Shown piece after piece: positions 1-10,207 of a stretch of DNA of 64,000 nucleotides (positions within the stretch are counted from its first letter, which is position 1; each line of letters begins with the position of its first letter). The translations under genes were made by a program, and so were the position numbers. Source of the stretch: Pseudomonadota bacterium (GTDB lineage Bacteria > Pseudomonadota > Gammaproteobacteria > Steroidobacterales > JBCCMA01); contig JBCCMA010000002.1 in NCBI GenBank assembly GCA_039026595.1, positions 1,047 to 65,046 of the forward strand, written 5' to 3'. Below the pieces are notes generated by a model that saw nothing but the letters and a program-made list of their open reading frames with translations, was not told where the DNA came from and did no database searches.

Positions 1-1249
1 GTTTGAAAATTCGTGCCGGCTTGAAATTGGCCAATACGAACGCCGGGTACAGACCGGACAGCAACACCACCACGATCACAAGGGCAATGAATGCGGCCAG
101 TGCGGCCGGCTGTAGCAGCACGCCGAGCGACAGCGTGCGCCCCACGAAGTCACCGACGGGGCCAGCACCAATCTCCACAAGTACCAGCGCCGCAACGGTA
201 GAGACCAGCACCAAAAGCGCCGACTCGCCGAGGAACTGTATGACTAACTGAGCGCGACTCGCCCCGAGCACCTTACGCAACCCCACTTCGTGGGCGCGGT
301 CTGCACTGCGCGCGGTCGCGATGTTGATGCTGTTGATGCACGCGATCAACAGAACCAGCAGCGCGATCATGGCCGTGATACCCAGTGCCGTGGTGTTCCC
401 CACCACGTTGGTAGGACGCTGAAAGTAGGTCTTCCCGTTCAGATGCAGAGCCGTTACCGGCTCAAGCGACAGATCCAGAGTTTGCTCGATATCCAACCCA
501 CCTGCGGCGGGGATATTTTTGTACGCAATCTGCTCGATGGCGTCACCCACCGTGCCCGGATCAACACCGGGCGCCAGCCGCAGATAGCTGTACATGCTCA
601 TGCTGTTCCAATTCACGTCCACCTGTATTCGGCGATCGGTCACCGACGGGGCGTTGGAGGCGATGATGAACTGAGCGTCCAGATGACTGGTCAGCGGAAG
701 GTCTGCGAACACCGCGGCGATTTCCACATCGCGGTTTTTATCCAGCGTCACCTTCTGTCCGAGATACGGGCCATCACCAAACAGTCGACGCGCCATGGAC
801 TCCGAAACCAGTACCGCGCTCGGGTTGGCCAACCCCCGCCCGTCGCCCTCAACAATTTCAAAGCCCATAAACTCGGCAAAGTTGGCGTCGGCCGCCAGAA
901 TGCGCGCGTTGAATTGCAGACGTTTGTTCACCGAAAGGGTGTACCAGGACAGCAGCGCGCGCGTGCTGTCTTCGATACCCGCTACGCTCTCGGCCGCCGT
1001 CCCGACCAGCGGTCCCGGCACCGTAATCAGAAGTTGGTCACTGCGTCCCGGCGTCGAACGCACCATCTCGATCAGATGGACGCGCTCGGCGTCAGGAATA
1101 AAGCGATCGAAGTGGGTTTCCTGCCAGACATGCAGGAAAGCGAGCGTGGCCACGGCGAGGCCGAGCGTCAGACCAGCCAGCGAGATAAATGTGTAACCAC
1201 TTTGGCGCAGGTGATTACGCAGCGCCGTCAGAAGGTAGTTGCGGAACAT
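1..1249 (-). CDS. ABC transporter permease, FtsX/MacB type (N-terminal ~416 aa; 3' end runs off the left edge)
   Basis: Absent from the ORF track because it has no in-window stop. My own translation from ATG 1249-1247 reads MFRNYLLTALRNHLRQSGYTFISLAGLTLGLAVATLAFLHVWQETHFDRFIPDAERVHLIE. I translated only the two ends, not the interior. In the same frame at bases 58-1 it reads SGLYPAFVLANFKPARIFK, the typical end of an FtsX domain. It lies 13 nt downstream of the ABC ATPase gene on the same strand. Confidence 0.8.
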   Translation of the reverse strand, partial: MFRNYLLTALRNHLRQSGYTFISLAGLTLGLAVATLAFLHVWQETHFDRFIPDAERVHLIEMVRSTPGRSDQLLITVPGPLVGTAAESVAGIEDSTRALLSWYTLSVNKRLQFNARILAADANFAEFMGFEIVEGDGRGLANPSAVLVSESMARRLFGDGPYLGQKVTLDKNRDVEIAAVFADLPLTSHLDAQFIIASNAPSVTDRRIQVDVNWNSMSMYSYLRLAPGVDPGTVGDAIEQIAYKNIPAAGGLDIEQTLDLSLEPVTALHLNGKTYFQRPTNVVGNTTALGITAMIALLVLLIACINSINIATARSADRAHEVGLRKVLGASRAQLVIQFLGESALLVLVSTVAALVLVEIGAGPVGDFVGRTLSLGVLLQPAALAAFIALVIVVVLLSGLYPAFVLANFKPARIFK

Positions 1250-1262
1250 CGTTCGTCTCCCC

Positions 1263-1961
1263 TCAGATCGCCTGACGAATGTCGTGCGCGACCACACGAC
1301 CATCGAGAAGATTGACGGTGCGTCTGGCCCAGTCCGCGTGCGACGGTGAATGCGTCACCATCACAATGGTGGCACCCTGTTCATTGAGACTGCGGAGCAT
1401 GCCCATGACCTCTTCGCCATGCGCGCTATCGAGGTTGCCGGTCGGCTCGTCGGCGAGGATCAATGCGGGCTTGGCAATCAGCGCCCGCGCCACCGCCACA
1501 CGCTGTTGCTGCCCACCCGATAACTGTCCCGGTCTGTGGCCGGCGCGGTGCGCAATGCCCACCTGATCCATCACCTCGTCGGCGCGGGCTCGGCGCTGAC
1601 GCGCATCCACGTTCTGATAGAGCAACGCCAGTTCGATGTTCTCCCGCACGCTCAGCTCATCGATCAGATGGAAGTCCTGAAAGATGATGCCGATGTTCTC
1701 TTTGCGCAGCCGGGCAAGCTGGGTTTCGCCGAACGCGGCCACGTCCTGTCCCTGAAAGCGATACTCTCCGTCGGTGGGCGAATCGAGCATGCCCAGGATG
1801 TTCAGCAGCGTGGATTTGCCGCATCCAGACGGCCCCATGATGGCCACGAATTCGCCGACGTCGATGGCCAGATCAATACCCGCGAGCGCCGCCGTTTCCA
1901 CTTCCTCCGTGCGGAACGTTCGGGTCACGCCGTGCAGGCTCAATAGTTCAGACGTTGTCAT
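1263..1961 (-). CDS. ABC transporter ATP-binding protein (MacB/LolD-like)
   Basis: 232-aa ORF with Walker A GPSGCGKSTLLN, ABC signature LSGGQQQRVAVARAL and Walker B LILADEPTGNLD. Confidence 0.95.
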   Translation of the reverse strand: MTTSELLSLHGVTRTFRTEEVETAALAGIDLAIDVGEFVAIMGPSGCGKSTLLNILGMLDSPTDGEYRFQGQDVAAFGETQLARLRKENIGIIFQDFHLIDELSVRENIELALLYQNVDARQRRARADEVMDQVGIAHRAGHRPGQLSGGQQQRVAVARALIAKPALILADEPTGNLDSAHGEEVMGMLRSLNEQGATIVMVTHSPSHADWARRTVNLLDGRVVAHDIRQAI

Positions 1962-1981
1962 GATGTTCTCTCGTTTCAGGA

Positions 1982-3238
1982 TTATTGATCGGTCAGGACA
2001 ATGCGGTCGAGGTCAACGAAATCAGTGTACGGGCTGATCACCAGCCGCTCGCCCTCTTCCATGCCCTCGAGCACTTCGATGAAGCGCGCGTTACGCCGGC
2101 CGAGGCGTACATCACGCCGGGTGGCCGAACGGCCATCGGCCGACACGACAAACACCCAGTTGCCCCCTGTGTCCTGGTAGTACGCGCCGTTCGGAATCAT
2201 CAGCGCGTCGGACGGGTCGCCCAGCGACAAGCGCACTTGCAATGTCTGTCCTCGGCGCATGTTTCCGGGATGGTCACCGTCAAACGCCATGTCCACCTCG
2301 AACTGGCCGTTGTTCACATCCGGATAGATTTTCACGATGCGAAGCGTGTGAGATTGGCCGTCGAGCTCCACAGAGGCCGACAGCCCGAGATCCACGCGCG
2401 GAAGGTAAAACTCATCGATCAACGCTGTGAGTTTGAATCGACCGGGATCGTCCACCTGACCGAGGCGCTCGCCACGCCCCAGCGACTGTCCGATTTCCAC
2501 ATCAAACGCCGTCACCTGACCGGCGACCGGCGCGGTGACATCAAGACTGGACAGGTTCTCACGCGCGACGGTCAGGTTGGCCTGTAATTGAGCAGACGCG
2601 TCCCGGAGTTGATCCATCTGCGCACGCTGCAAGCGTTCGTCCGTCGCCTGTGCTTCCAGCGTCACCTCACGCAGGGCGGTTTGATACGCGAGTTCGTCAC
2701 GCGCATTGTCCACCTCGCGTTTGCCGATCAGCCCGCCCGCGATCAGCTTGTCGGCCCCCTCGACGATGCGGCCAAGCCGCTTGAGCTGGTAATCGATGTC
2801 GACCAGCGTGCGGCGATGCGACAGCCGGTTTTGTTCCAGTTGCAGTCGCAGCGTGTTCAGGTTGTTCAGTTGCTGAGTGACCTCCGCCTCGCGGGCGATG
2901 ACGTCAAGCTGCAACTGCGTGTTGCTTAACCGAACCAGCAGCGCGCCGGCCTCCACAACCGCGCCGTCTTCCACGAACAGCTCTTCCACGCGTCCGCCCT
3001 CCACGGCGTCGAGAAACACCGTGCGTCGCGGCGCGACGCGTCCGCGAATCGGAATGAAGTCCTCAAACACACCGCGCTCGACGCTGGCGATATTCAGTCG
3101 ACTGGCGCCGATGCTCAGACTGCGCCCGCCCTCCGGCAGGCCCACCAGCCAAACGGCCGCGACGGCCGCGGCACACATCGCCGCGCCGGAAACCGGCCAA
3201 AGCCAACGCCGGCGACGGCGCTCAATCGGCTTGTCCAT
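1982..3238 (-). CDS. HlyD-family periplasmic adaptor (membrane fusion protein)
   Basis: The ORF track gives 1982..3289. The protein has an N-terminal TM (WLWPVSGAAMCAAAVAAVWLV), a long coiled-coil stretch (TQLQLDVIAREAEVTQQLNNLNTLRLQLEQNRL...) and a beta-rich C-terminus, which is the MFP architecture. I moved the start to Met18 (ATG at 3238) because the sigma-54 promoter at 3301-3316 predicts a transcript start near 3290. A start at 3289 remains possible. Confidence 0.85.
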   Translation of the reverse strand: MDKPIERRRRRWLWPVSGAAMCAAAVAAVWLVGLPEGGRSLSIGASRLNIASVERGVFEDFIPIRGRVAPRRTVFLDAVEGGRVEELFVEDGAVVEAGALLVRLSNTQLQLDVIAREAEVTQQLNNLNTLRLQLEQNRLSHRRTLVDIDYQLKRLGRIVEGADKLIAGGLIGKREVDNARDELAYQTALREVTLEAQATDERLQRAQMDQLRDASAQLQANLTVARENLSSLDVTAPVAGQVTAFDVEIGQSLGRGERLGQVDDPGRFKLTALIDEFYLPRVDLGLSASVELDGQSHTLRIVKIYPDVNNGQFEVDMAFDGDHPGNMRRGQTLQVRLSLGDPSDALMIPNGAYYQDTGGNWVFVVSADGRSATRRDVRLGRRNARFIEVLEGMEEGERLVISPYTDFVDLDRIVLTDQ

Positions 3239-3300
3239 GGACGCCCCGCTCTTTGGGGTCTCGATCGAAAGTAGGGTTGCGCTGTTCATGTGCGGGACTT

Positions 3301-3316
3301 TGCAAAGCGTGTGCCA
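3301..3316 (-). promoter_or_regulatory. sigma-54 (RpoN) -24/-12 promoter for the HlyD-ABC-FtsX operon
   Basis: The minus strand reads TGGCAC-ACGCT-TTGCA, an exact match to the TGGCAC-N5-TTGCW consensus. It sits 12-60 nt upstream of the candidate HlyD start codons. It also lies in the divergent intergenic region next to a sigma-54-dependent activator gene. Confidence 0.65.
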
Positions 3317-3413
3317 ACACCAGAAAGCCCGTGCCTATGGGCTTTTCCGGACGCGTGAAGCCGCGAAGCTGTGCGATACTGAACAGCAACTGTACGAATT
3401 CGGACACTTGCGG

Positions 3414-4811
3414 ATGACCGGGGACGCTTCCAAAAGCGCAATCGATATTTTTCTGGTCGACGATGACCAGGACGTCCTGAAAGCCGGGCGCATGCTTCTG
3501 GAACGCGAGTACGACGCCGTGCATCCTGTCTCCCATCCTGAAGCCCTCCCGCCCCCCGGCGAGCGGCCCCGGGTGGTGCTTCTGGACATGAACTTCGGGC
3601 CGGGACAGACCAGCGGCGAAGAAGGCCTGCGCTGGCTGAGCAGGCTGTTGCGCACCACACCGGAAGAGGTGGTCATCATGGTGACCGCCCATGGTGATCT
3701 TGGGACCGCCGTACAGGCCATGAAGCGCGGGGCTGCGGACTTCGTCACCAAGCCGTGGCAGAACGAACGACTGCTGGCCACCGTTCGCGCCGGCGTCACG
3801 CTTGCCAGCACGCGCGCCGAGGCGCAGACGTTGCGCGGACAAAACACGGCGCTCAGTGCCGCAAGTGCGGGGGCACCGCAACCCATGATCGGTCAGTCGC
3901 CCGCCATGCGCGGTGTGCTGGATGTGATCGATCGCGCCGCCCCCGTGGACGCCAATGTTCTGGTTCTCGGCGAAAACGGTACGGGAAAAGATCTGGTGGC
4001 CCGCGCGGTGCACCGCGCCTCGCGCCGCGCCGATGCCCCGTTCGTTGCGGTGGACCTTGGTGCCGTGCCCGAATCGCTGTTTGAAAGCGAATTGTTCGGG
4101 CACAAGAAAGGGGCGTTCACTGATGCTCATCAGGACCGCACGGGCCATATGGTGGCCGCGTCGGGCGGAACCTTGTTCCTAGATGAAATCGGCAACGTGC
4201 CACTGCACCTTCAGGCCAAACTGCTGGGCGCACTGGAGCAACGTCGCATCACGCCGGTCGGGTCGACCAAGTCCGAAGCATTTGATGTGCGGCTGATCGC
4301 CGCCACCAATCTTGCGCCGGACAAGCTCGCCGACCCTGAGTGCTTTCGTCAGGATCTGCTGTTTCGACTGAACACTGTGGAGATACAACTCCCACCGCTA
4401 CGTGAACGCTCCGCTGATATCCGGCCGCTACTGGAGCATTACTTGCCCCACTATGAGCAGCGCTACGGCAAACCGTCCCGCGCCATCGATAGCGATGTGG
4501 TCAGCGCGCTGACCGCGCACGACTGGCCGGGCAATATTCGCGCGCTGCGACACGCCGTGGAGCGCGCCGTGATCATGGCGCGCGGCGCAGCGTACACACT
4601 CGAGGATTTTTCGTTACCTGTGACGGCGAAACCCGCGCTGGATACAAGCGCCGAGCTTGCGCTAACCGATAGCCTGAATCTTGAGGCGTTGGAAAAACGC
4701 GCTGTGTCCACAGCTCTGAAAAAGCACGGTTTCAACATCAGTCGCGCCGCCAAGGAGCTGGGCCTCACGCGCGCCGCCCTGTACCGGCGGATGGAAAAAC
4801 ATGGTTTGTAG
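3414..4811 (+). CDS. sigma-54-dependent response regulator (NtrC/Fis family enhancer-binding protein)
   Basis: In-frame ATG at 3414 within ORF 2877..4811; the upstream part is antisense to the HlyD gene. It has a receiver domain (IDIFLVDDDQDVL, VLLDMNF), an AAA+ sigma-54 interaction domain (GENGTGKDLVARAVH, ESELFGHKKGAFTDA, GTLFLDEIG) and a C-terminal Fis-type HTH (NISRAAKELGLTRAALYRRMEKHGL). Confidence 0.92.
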   Translation: MTGDASKSAIDIFLVDDDQDVLKAGRMLLEREYDAVHPVSHPEALPPPGERPRVVLLDMNFGPGQTSGEEGLRWLSRLLRTTPEEVVIMVTAHGDLGTAVQAMKRGAADFVTKPWQNERLLATVRAGVTLASTRAEAQTLRGQNTALSAASAGAPQPMIGQSPAMRGVLDVIDRAAPVDANVLVLGENGTGKDLVARAVHRASRRADAPFVAVDLGAVPESLFESELFGHKKGAFTDAHQDRTGHMVAASGGTLFLDEIGNVPLHLQAKLLGALEQRRITPVGSTKSEAFDVRLIAATNLAPDKLADPECFRQDLLFRLNTVEIQLPPLRERSADIRPLLEHYLPHYEQRYGKPSRAIDSDVVSALTAHDWPGNIRALRHAVERAVIMARGAAYTLEDFSLPVTAKPALDTSAELALTDSLNLEALEKRAVSTALKKHGFNISRAAKELGLTRAALYRRMEKHGL

Positions 4812-4823
4812 AGACGCACTGAC

Positions 4824-6155
4824 GTGAATCTGGGCCGTCAGTTCGGTGTGCAGGCGCTAATGCGTGCGCTGCTTTTGGTCGGTGCGATCGTCACCTTATC
4901 GTTCGTTCTATTTCGCACCGAATTTATTCTGACACCCATTGTGGTCACCGCACTGTGTGTCGGTTTGCTGATTGAGTTCGTGTTCTTCGTACAACGCACA
5001 AATCGCGAAGTGACCCGCTTTTTCGACAGCATCCGCTACGCCGATTTTTCCCATCGCATTGATCCCGCGTTGCACGGCGCGGGCTTTGAGGACATGGCCC
5101 GTAGCATGCGTGACGTGGTCTCACGACTGCAGGACCTGAGACGAACCGGAGAAGAAGATCGACTCCAGCTCCGGGCGATCGTCGACCATGTGCCTGTACC
5201 CATGTTCGGACTGGTGGATCGCGAACGCATCGTGCTGCACAACCACGCAGCGCGACGATTTTTTGCCGCCTACCCGGTGCACACCGTGGATGACCTGGAG
5301 CGATACGGTCGGGAATTCACGCAAGCGGTACGCCAACAGTCTCCCGGTGAGCGCCGCGTCATTTCGCTCAGCAGTGACGGCGCCACCACATTACGCATGA
5401 TGCTGTCGCTCACAGAGATCGTTGTCGGCCAAACCCACCAACGCCTGGTGACGCTGCAAAATATCAGCGACGAACTGGCGGCCAGCGAGCTGGAAGCGTG
5501 GCAACAGATGGCACAGGTGCTCGCCCACGAGATCATGAACTCCCTGACGCCGGTGTCGTCCCTGGCGGATACGGCGCGCACGCTGCTGTCCTCAGGCGAT
5601 CACGATGACCGCAACAAAGCGCAGGACGCCATTAACACAGTGGCGCAGCGCGCCGACGCCTTGATGGATTTTGTTCAGAGCTACCGCCAGTTTTCGCGGC
5701 TACCGGAGCCGCAGAAAGCGGCTGTTGATCTCGAGCCCCTGTTTGGTCACGCGGTCGCGTTCACGGCCGACGACATGCGGGCCGCGGGGATAGAAACTTT
5801 CCAGTCGGTGACACCTGCCTCGCTTCAGGTCCACGCCGACCGCAATCAGCTGGAGCAGGTCCTGATCAACCTTCTGCGGAACGCCAGGTCGGCCCTGCGC
5901 GACACGGCTCAGCCGCAAATCCGAATGGTCGCGCGAACAAACAGCAACGGCCGCACGGTGATCGAGGTAAGCGATAACGGTCCGGGTATTCGTGAGGCAG
6001 ACCGAGAGCGGGTGTTCGTGCCCTACTTCTCAACCACACCGGGGGGCTCCGGGGTGGGTCTGGCCCTGACCCGACAGGTCATGCTGGGGCATGGCGGTAC
6101 CGCGAGTGTCGGGGCGTCGGACACAGGTGGCGCGCGGGTGACGTTGGTTTTCTGA
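4824..6155 (+). CDS. sensor histidine kinase (NtrB/AtoS-like partner of the preceding regulator)
   Basis: GTG start 12 nt after the regulator stop. It has N-terminal TM helices, an H-box AHEIMNSLTPVSS, an N-box LINLLRNA and G-boxes DNGPGI and GSGVGLAL. Confidence 0.9.
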   Translation: MNLGRQFGVQALMRALLLVGAIVTLSFVLFRTEFILTPIVVTALCVGLLIEFVFFVQRTNREVTRFFDSIRYADFSHRIDPALHGAGFEDMARSMRDVVSRLQDLRRTGEEDRLQLRAIVDHVPVPMFGLVDRERIVLHNHAARRFFAAYPVHTVDDLERYGREFTQAVRQQSPGERRVISLSSDGATTLRMMLSLTEIVVGQTHQRLVTLQNISDELAASELEAWQQMAQVLAHEIMNSLTPVSSLADTARTLLSSGDHDDRNKAQDAINTVAQRADALMDFVQSYRQFSRLPEPQKAAVDLEPLFGHAVAFTADDMRAAGIETFQSVTPASLQVHADRNQLEQVLINLLRNARSALRDTAQPQIRMVARTNSNGRTVIEVSDNGPGIREADRERVFVPYFSTTPGGSGVGLALTRQVMLGHGGTASVGASDTGGARVTLVF

Positions 6156-6171
6156 GCGCCCCCAGGCGCTG

Positions 6172-8223
6172 TTAACCCGCGGCTGCGGACGAGTGGTTAT
6201 CGGCAACGGTCGGTGACGCCCCCTCTGACCAGGGCCGACTTGGAGAACGACGTTCCTGACCAACTCTATGCGCACCTGCGGCGGGCACGACAGTGAAAAA
6301 ATCAACCTGTTCCTGCAAGCTGTCGGCCTGGTCGCCGAGCACGCGGCTTGACGCCGTCGCTTCCTCGACCATCGCCGCGTTCTGCTGCGTAACCTCATCC
6401 ATTTTTGCAATCGCCACGTTGACGTCCTGAATACCGTTGGACTGTTCGCGACTGGCCGTTGCGATTTCCTCAACCACCGACGTTACGCTGCGCACGCGCT
6501 CCGCAATGCGCCCAAGAACCTCGCCGGACTCGTTTACCAACCGCGACCCATCGGTCACTTTCTGGACGCTGTCTTCGATGAGTTCCTTGATTTCCTTCGC
6601 CGAGCTCGCACTGCGACCGGCCAGATTGCGGACCTCGTTTGCCACGACAGCAAATCCGCGTCCCTGCTCACCGGCGCGTGCCGCTTCGACCGCCGCATTC
6701 AGGGCCAGCAAGTTGGTTTGAAAGGCGATTTCGTCGATCACGCCCACGATGTCAGCAATCTTCTTGCTTGATTCATCAATCTGCGACACGGCAGACACCG
6801 CGTGCCCCACCACTTTCTGTCCTTCATTGGCTTCGTTGCGCGCCTCTCTCGCCATCGTGCTGGCATCGCTGGCGCTTTCGGCGTTTTGCCGGACGATTTT
6901 CGTCAGTTGATCCATGCTCGCGACGGTGTTCTCAAGGCTGCTCGCCTGCTGCTCAGTACGCCGGCTCAGATTTTCGTTACCGGCTGCAATTTCCTGGGCA
7001 CTGGACCTCAGTGGCGTCACCGCACCGGAAATATTCTGGATCACGTCAAGCAGTCTTTCGACTGTTTTATTGGCATCGTGCTTCAACTGCTCAAAGTCGC
7101 CGGCGTACTCGCCTCTCACCGTCTCGGATAAATCGCCCTGCGCCAGTGCGGCAAACACCCGCATCGTCTCACCGAGTACGCTTTGCGCTACATCCAAAAG
7201 TTCGTTCACCGCACCGGAGATGCGCAGCATGGCCCCGGATTTGTCGTCGAGGCGAATACGACCCTCAAGCTGACCGACGCTGGCCTGGCCGACAATGGCC
7301 TCAACCTCTTTCTCGGTGCGGGTTTCTTCGGTCAGGTCTGCCCAGTCGACAACGGTGCCGAGTCGCTCGCCCTCTTCACTCACGACCGGCGTCGCGACTA
7401 TATTCACCGTACGGCCGCCGATCTCGATGACCGTGTCGTGCGTCCCTTTCAATGCGCGCAGCATGCTCTGCTGGTGCGCAGGATTTTTGTGGAACACATC
7501 GATCTTCGAGCCCATGAGTTTCGCGGCACTGAAGGCGGGTAGCTCCTTGCGTAGATCCGACTCCATGTTGCGAAACAGCTTGTCCGCCGACGTGTTCATG
7601 TAGACGATATTGAAATCGGTGTCGGCCATCATGACATTGGCCGTTGAGCAGTCGAGTGCGTGCCGCACCATCGCGTTATCACGCAGCAACTCGCGCTGAC
7701 GAGTAATGTCGGTCGCCAGTTTCACCACTTTGTACACGCGGCCGTCGCGTCCTCGAATCGCGTTGTAGGACGCACTGATCCAGACCTCCTTGCCGCCTTT
7801 GCCAACGCGCTCGTACTGAGCGGTGTACGAATCTCCGCTGCGCAGGCGCGCCCAGAAGTCGCGATATTCGTTACTCTCGCGATAGTCCGGTTTGACGAAC
7901 ATGCCATGGTGCTTGCCCTGTATCTCCGGCAGCGTGTACCCCATGGTCTGCAGGAAATTATCGTTCGCATTCAGGATGGTGCCGTCGGGCGTGAATTCGA
8001 TGATCGCCAGGGATTTGTTGATCTCGTCGACTTCGAGGATGTCGTGCATGAGACCCTTCTGCATGAGCGACAGCGCAACCACGGCCACCAATGTCACGAC
8101 GATCACCAGAACCGTCAGTGCTGTCGATGCGCCACCCACCCAGAGCAACGCCAGAACGGACGGAACGGCCGGCAATGCGTAAGCAGCGAGCGTCTTCGGG
8201 CGCAATTGAAATGGTAGATTCAT
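6172..8223 (-). CDS. methyl-accepting chemotaxis protein with two PAS domains and HAMP
   Basis: The ORF track gives 6172..8304; Met28 ([13 protein letters not shown] at 8223) precedes the TM segment. It has two PAS modules ([23 protein letters not shown]...; [22 protein letters not shown]...). The MCP signalling domain shows the conserved hairpin [40 protein letters not shown]. Confidence 0.9.
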   Translation of the reverse strand: MNLPFQLRPKTLAAYALPAVPSVLALLWVGGASTALTVLVIVVTLVAVVALSLMQKGLMHDILEVDEINKSLAIIEFTPDGTILNANDNFLQTMGYTLPEIQGKHHGMFVKPDYRESNEYRDFWARLRSGDSYTAQYERVGKGGKEVWISASYNAIRGRDGRVYKVVKLATDITRQRELLRDNAMVRHALDCSTANVMMADTDFNIVYMNTSADKLFRNMESDLRKELPAFSAAKLMGSKIDVFHKNPAHQQSMLRALKGTHDTVIEIGGRTVNIVATPVVSEEGERLGTVVDWADLTEETRTEKEVEAIVGQASVGQLEGRIRLDDKSGAMLRISGAVNELLDVAQSVLGETMRVFAALAQGDLSETVRGEYAGDFEQLKHDANKTVERLLDVIQNISGAVTPLRSSAQEIAAGNENLSRRTEQQASSLENTVASMDQLTKIVRQNAESASDASTMAREARNEANEGQKVVGHAVSAVSQIDESSKKIADIVGVIDEIAFQTNLLALNAAVEAARAGEQGRGFAVVANEVRNLAGRSASSAKEIKELIEDSVQKVTDGSRLVNESGEVLGRIAERVRSVTSVVEEIATASREQSNGIQDVNVAIAKMDEVTQQNAAMVEEATASSRVLGDQADSLQEQVDFFTVVPAAGAHRVGQERRSPSRPWSEGASPTVADNHSSAAAG

Positions 8224-8469
8224 GAAAAACCTGACGTACTTTTGAGGGAGAAGGGCGTTAGCCGCCGCGGCTTTGGTTGGGGCGGTCGATAGGAGCACGC
8301 TCATATCGGCACGCGCCTCGTCCTCCCGTTAGCGACAACCAGTACGATTTCTTGAACCTTCGGTATCGCGCTGCAGCCGCACTCAGAACCGCAAGCCACG
8401 CACTTGCGCTGCGCGTCTTCGCCTCGTGGTGTATTTTTCAAGTGCACGCGCGCTGATTCAGAGGAGAAC

Positions 8470-9195
8470 ATGATGATCCGAGCGACACTGGCCCTGAGTA
8501 CTTTCCTTTTTGTTTGCGGGTGCGCCTCGTACACCACGCCGGGCGGTGGCGTCAGCGTGTCGACGCTGGGCGATTCAGACATTCAAGCGATCATGTCGCG
8601 CGAGCAGGCCGCGAACTTTCCAGCCAATATCTCCGTCGCGCGGGTACAGGCAGCGGGCTACCGATCGCACACAAACGACAGCTTCGGGACCGGTCGGTAC
8701 AGCGTCGTCACCACGCGGGACGTGGAGTCCGATGCGGATTTTGAGCGGCTCGGTTCGATGACAGCCGTTCGCGGCGTCGCACCCATCAACCGCATCTTGC
8801 TTCCGACCGACCTCGACAGCATCAAGGCACTTCGTGAGGCGTCGGCCCGCCTGAAAGCCGATGTTCTTCTGATCTATACGTTTGACACGTCGTTCCAAGC
8901 CGGTGGGCAGCGCATCGGGCCGCTGGACGTCGTGACGCTCGGCTTCCTGAGAAAACAAGATGTGAACGTGACGACCACAGTGACCGCCGCACTGTTCGAT
9001 GTGCGGACGGAATATCTCTATGGACTATCAGAAGCGACCGCCAAGGAGACCGGCCGGTCCAACGCATGGAGTACAGCGCTTGCGGTGGATGACCTGCGCG
9101 TGTCCACAGAAAAGAGCGCGTTCGCGAAACTCATCCCGGAGATTGAGAAGACGTGGTCAGGCGTTATCAGTGAGTACCACCCGGCTGGGGACTGA
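8470..9195 (+). CDS. hypothetical lipoprotein
   Basis: ATG at 8470 is preceded by GAGGAG. The signal peptide and lipobox read MMIRATLALSTFLFVCGC. I recognised no family. Confidence 0.6.
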   Translation: MMIRATLALSTFLFVCGCASYTTPGGGVSVSTLGDSDIQAIMSREQAANFPANISVARVQAAGYRSHTNDSFGTGRYSVVTTRDVESDADFERLGSMTAVRGVAPINRILLPTDLDSIKALREASARLKADVLLIYTFDTSFQAGGQRIGPLDVVTLGFLRKQDVNVTTTVTAALFDVRTEYLYGLSEATAKETGRSNAWSTALAVDDLRVSTEKSAFAKLIPEIEKTWSGVISEYHPAGD

Positions 9196-9265
9196 GTCCT
9201 GCCAGAGGAGCGTCGGCCAACCGACCCACGGATAAATCAGCGCTTCCGCCGCCAGAAATCTCCGC

Positions 9266-10207
9266 TCACGAAACGTTGCACGACGTGGGGCCGGGACCCG
9301 GCGGCTGGAAGAAAGACTGCCTGAAAATACCGAGATCGAGCACGTTTACGACACCGTCGCCGTTGAAATCGGCATGCGGTCATCCGTGAAGAACACCTGC
9401 CGGAACAGTCCCAGATCGATCACATTGACCACGCAATCGTTGTTCAGGTCCGCATCGCAGGCGTTGCCAAAACCGTCCCCGTCGGTGTCGCGCTGATCGG
9501 TGTTGGGGACCTCGCTGCAGTTGTCGAGTGCGTAGTCCACCTCGTCCTGGTCGGTATCAAGCCGGCCCTGCTCCAGTAGCAGGTTCCAGATGGCGTAGTC
9601 GCCACCCTCAGGCCCATCGCCGACCTCCTCGCCCGGAATCCCGATGGCGAGGTTATCGTGACCGTCGCGGTCAAAGTCGCCCACAGCCAGCGCGCTGCCG
9701 AAAAAAATCGCCGCTTTCCACTTCACGCTGCAAATCGGTCGTGTCCTGCGTAGACGACTCGGAGTTTCCGGACTGAAGCCCACTGGATGATCCGTTCAGC
9801 ACGTTGATCATGCCGGCGTCCAGCGTCGGAAAAATGAAGCCCTAGATGTTCTCGCCGGGCACGCCAAACACGGCATCCGCGTAGCCGTCGTCGTCAAAGT
9901 CACCGACGGCCAGCGCCTGAGCAAAGAAATCGTTTTTCTCGGAGACACCCGACACGCCGCTGCTGTCCTGGTGCCAATATTACTCACCGGCGAACGAGAT
10001 GTCCGTGCCGTCGCTGTAGGCCACAAAGGCCGCACCCTGATCGTTGTCGGTGACGATATTTCCGTCGACCAGCTTGCCCGGTACGCCGATCAGAAGATCC
10101 GAATAACCGTCTCCGTTGAAATCGGAAATGACGTTTGACTGGGCGTGGGCCTGTTGTGGCGCAACAAATAAAAGGCCGGCCATCACCGCTGTCACTGTCG
10201 CTCGCAC
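9266..10207 (-). pseudogene. disrupted FG-GAP / thrombospondin-type-3 / dockerin-like repeat protein gene
   Basis: The signal peptide and first FG-GAP repeat sit in ORF 9980..10207. Reading on in the same frame shows in-frame TAA (9980-9982) and TAG (9842-9844) inside otherwise good FG-GAP sequence (FFAQALAVGDFDDDGYADAVFGVPGENI*). There is a frameshift at an A7 run (9701-9707) that joins ...ESGDFF to GSALAVGDFDRDGHDNLAIGIPGE. A second frameshift near 9377-9395 is followed by HADFNGDGVVNVLDLGIFRQSFFQPPGPGP, which continues to TGA at 9266-9268. Confidence 0.7.

Noticed and set aside
290-1315. 341-aa plus-strand ORF; the same problem applies to 24749..25861, 26020..27150, 28828..29889, 43072..44073 and 3222..4148
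   Set aside because: All are antisense to genes with clear family motifs (FtsX permease, CRTAC1-like, TSP3 protein, ABC-2 permease, cheW/STAS, NtrC). All have the Arg/His/Gly-rich composition typical of shadow ORFs in high-GC DNA.
2877-3413. N-terminal 179-codon extension of the sigma-54 regulator ORF
   Set aside because: It overlaps the HlyD gene and the divergent promoter region on the opposite strand. It has a Ser/Thr/Arg/Ala-rich composition, and the receiver domain begins right after the ATG at 3414.
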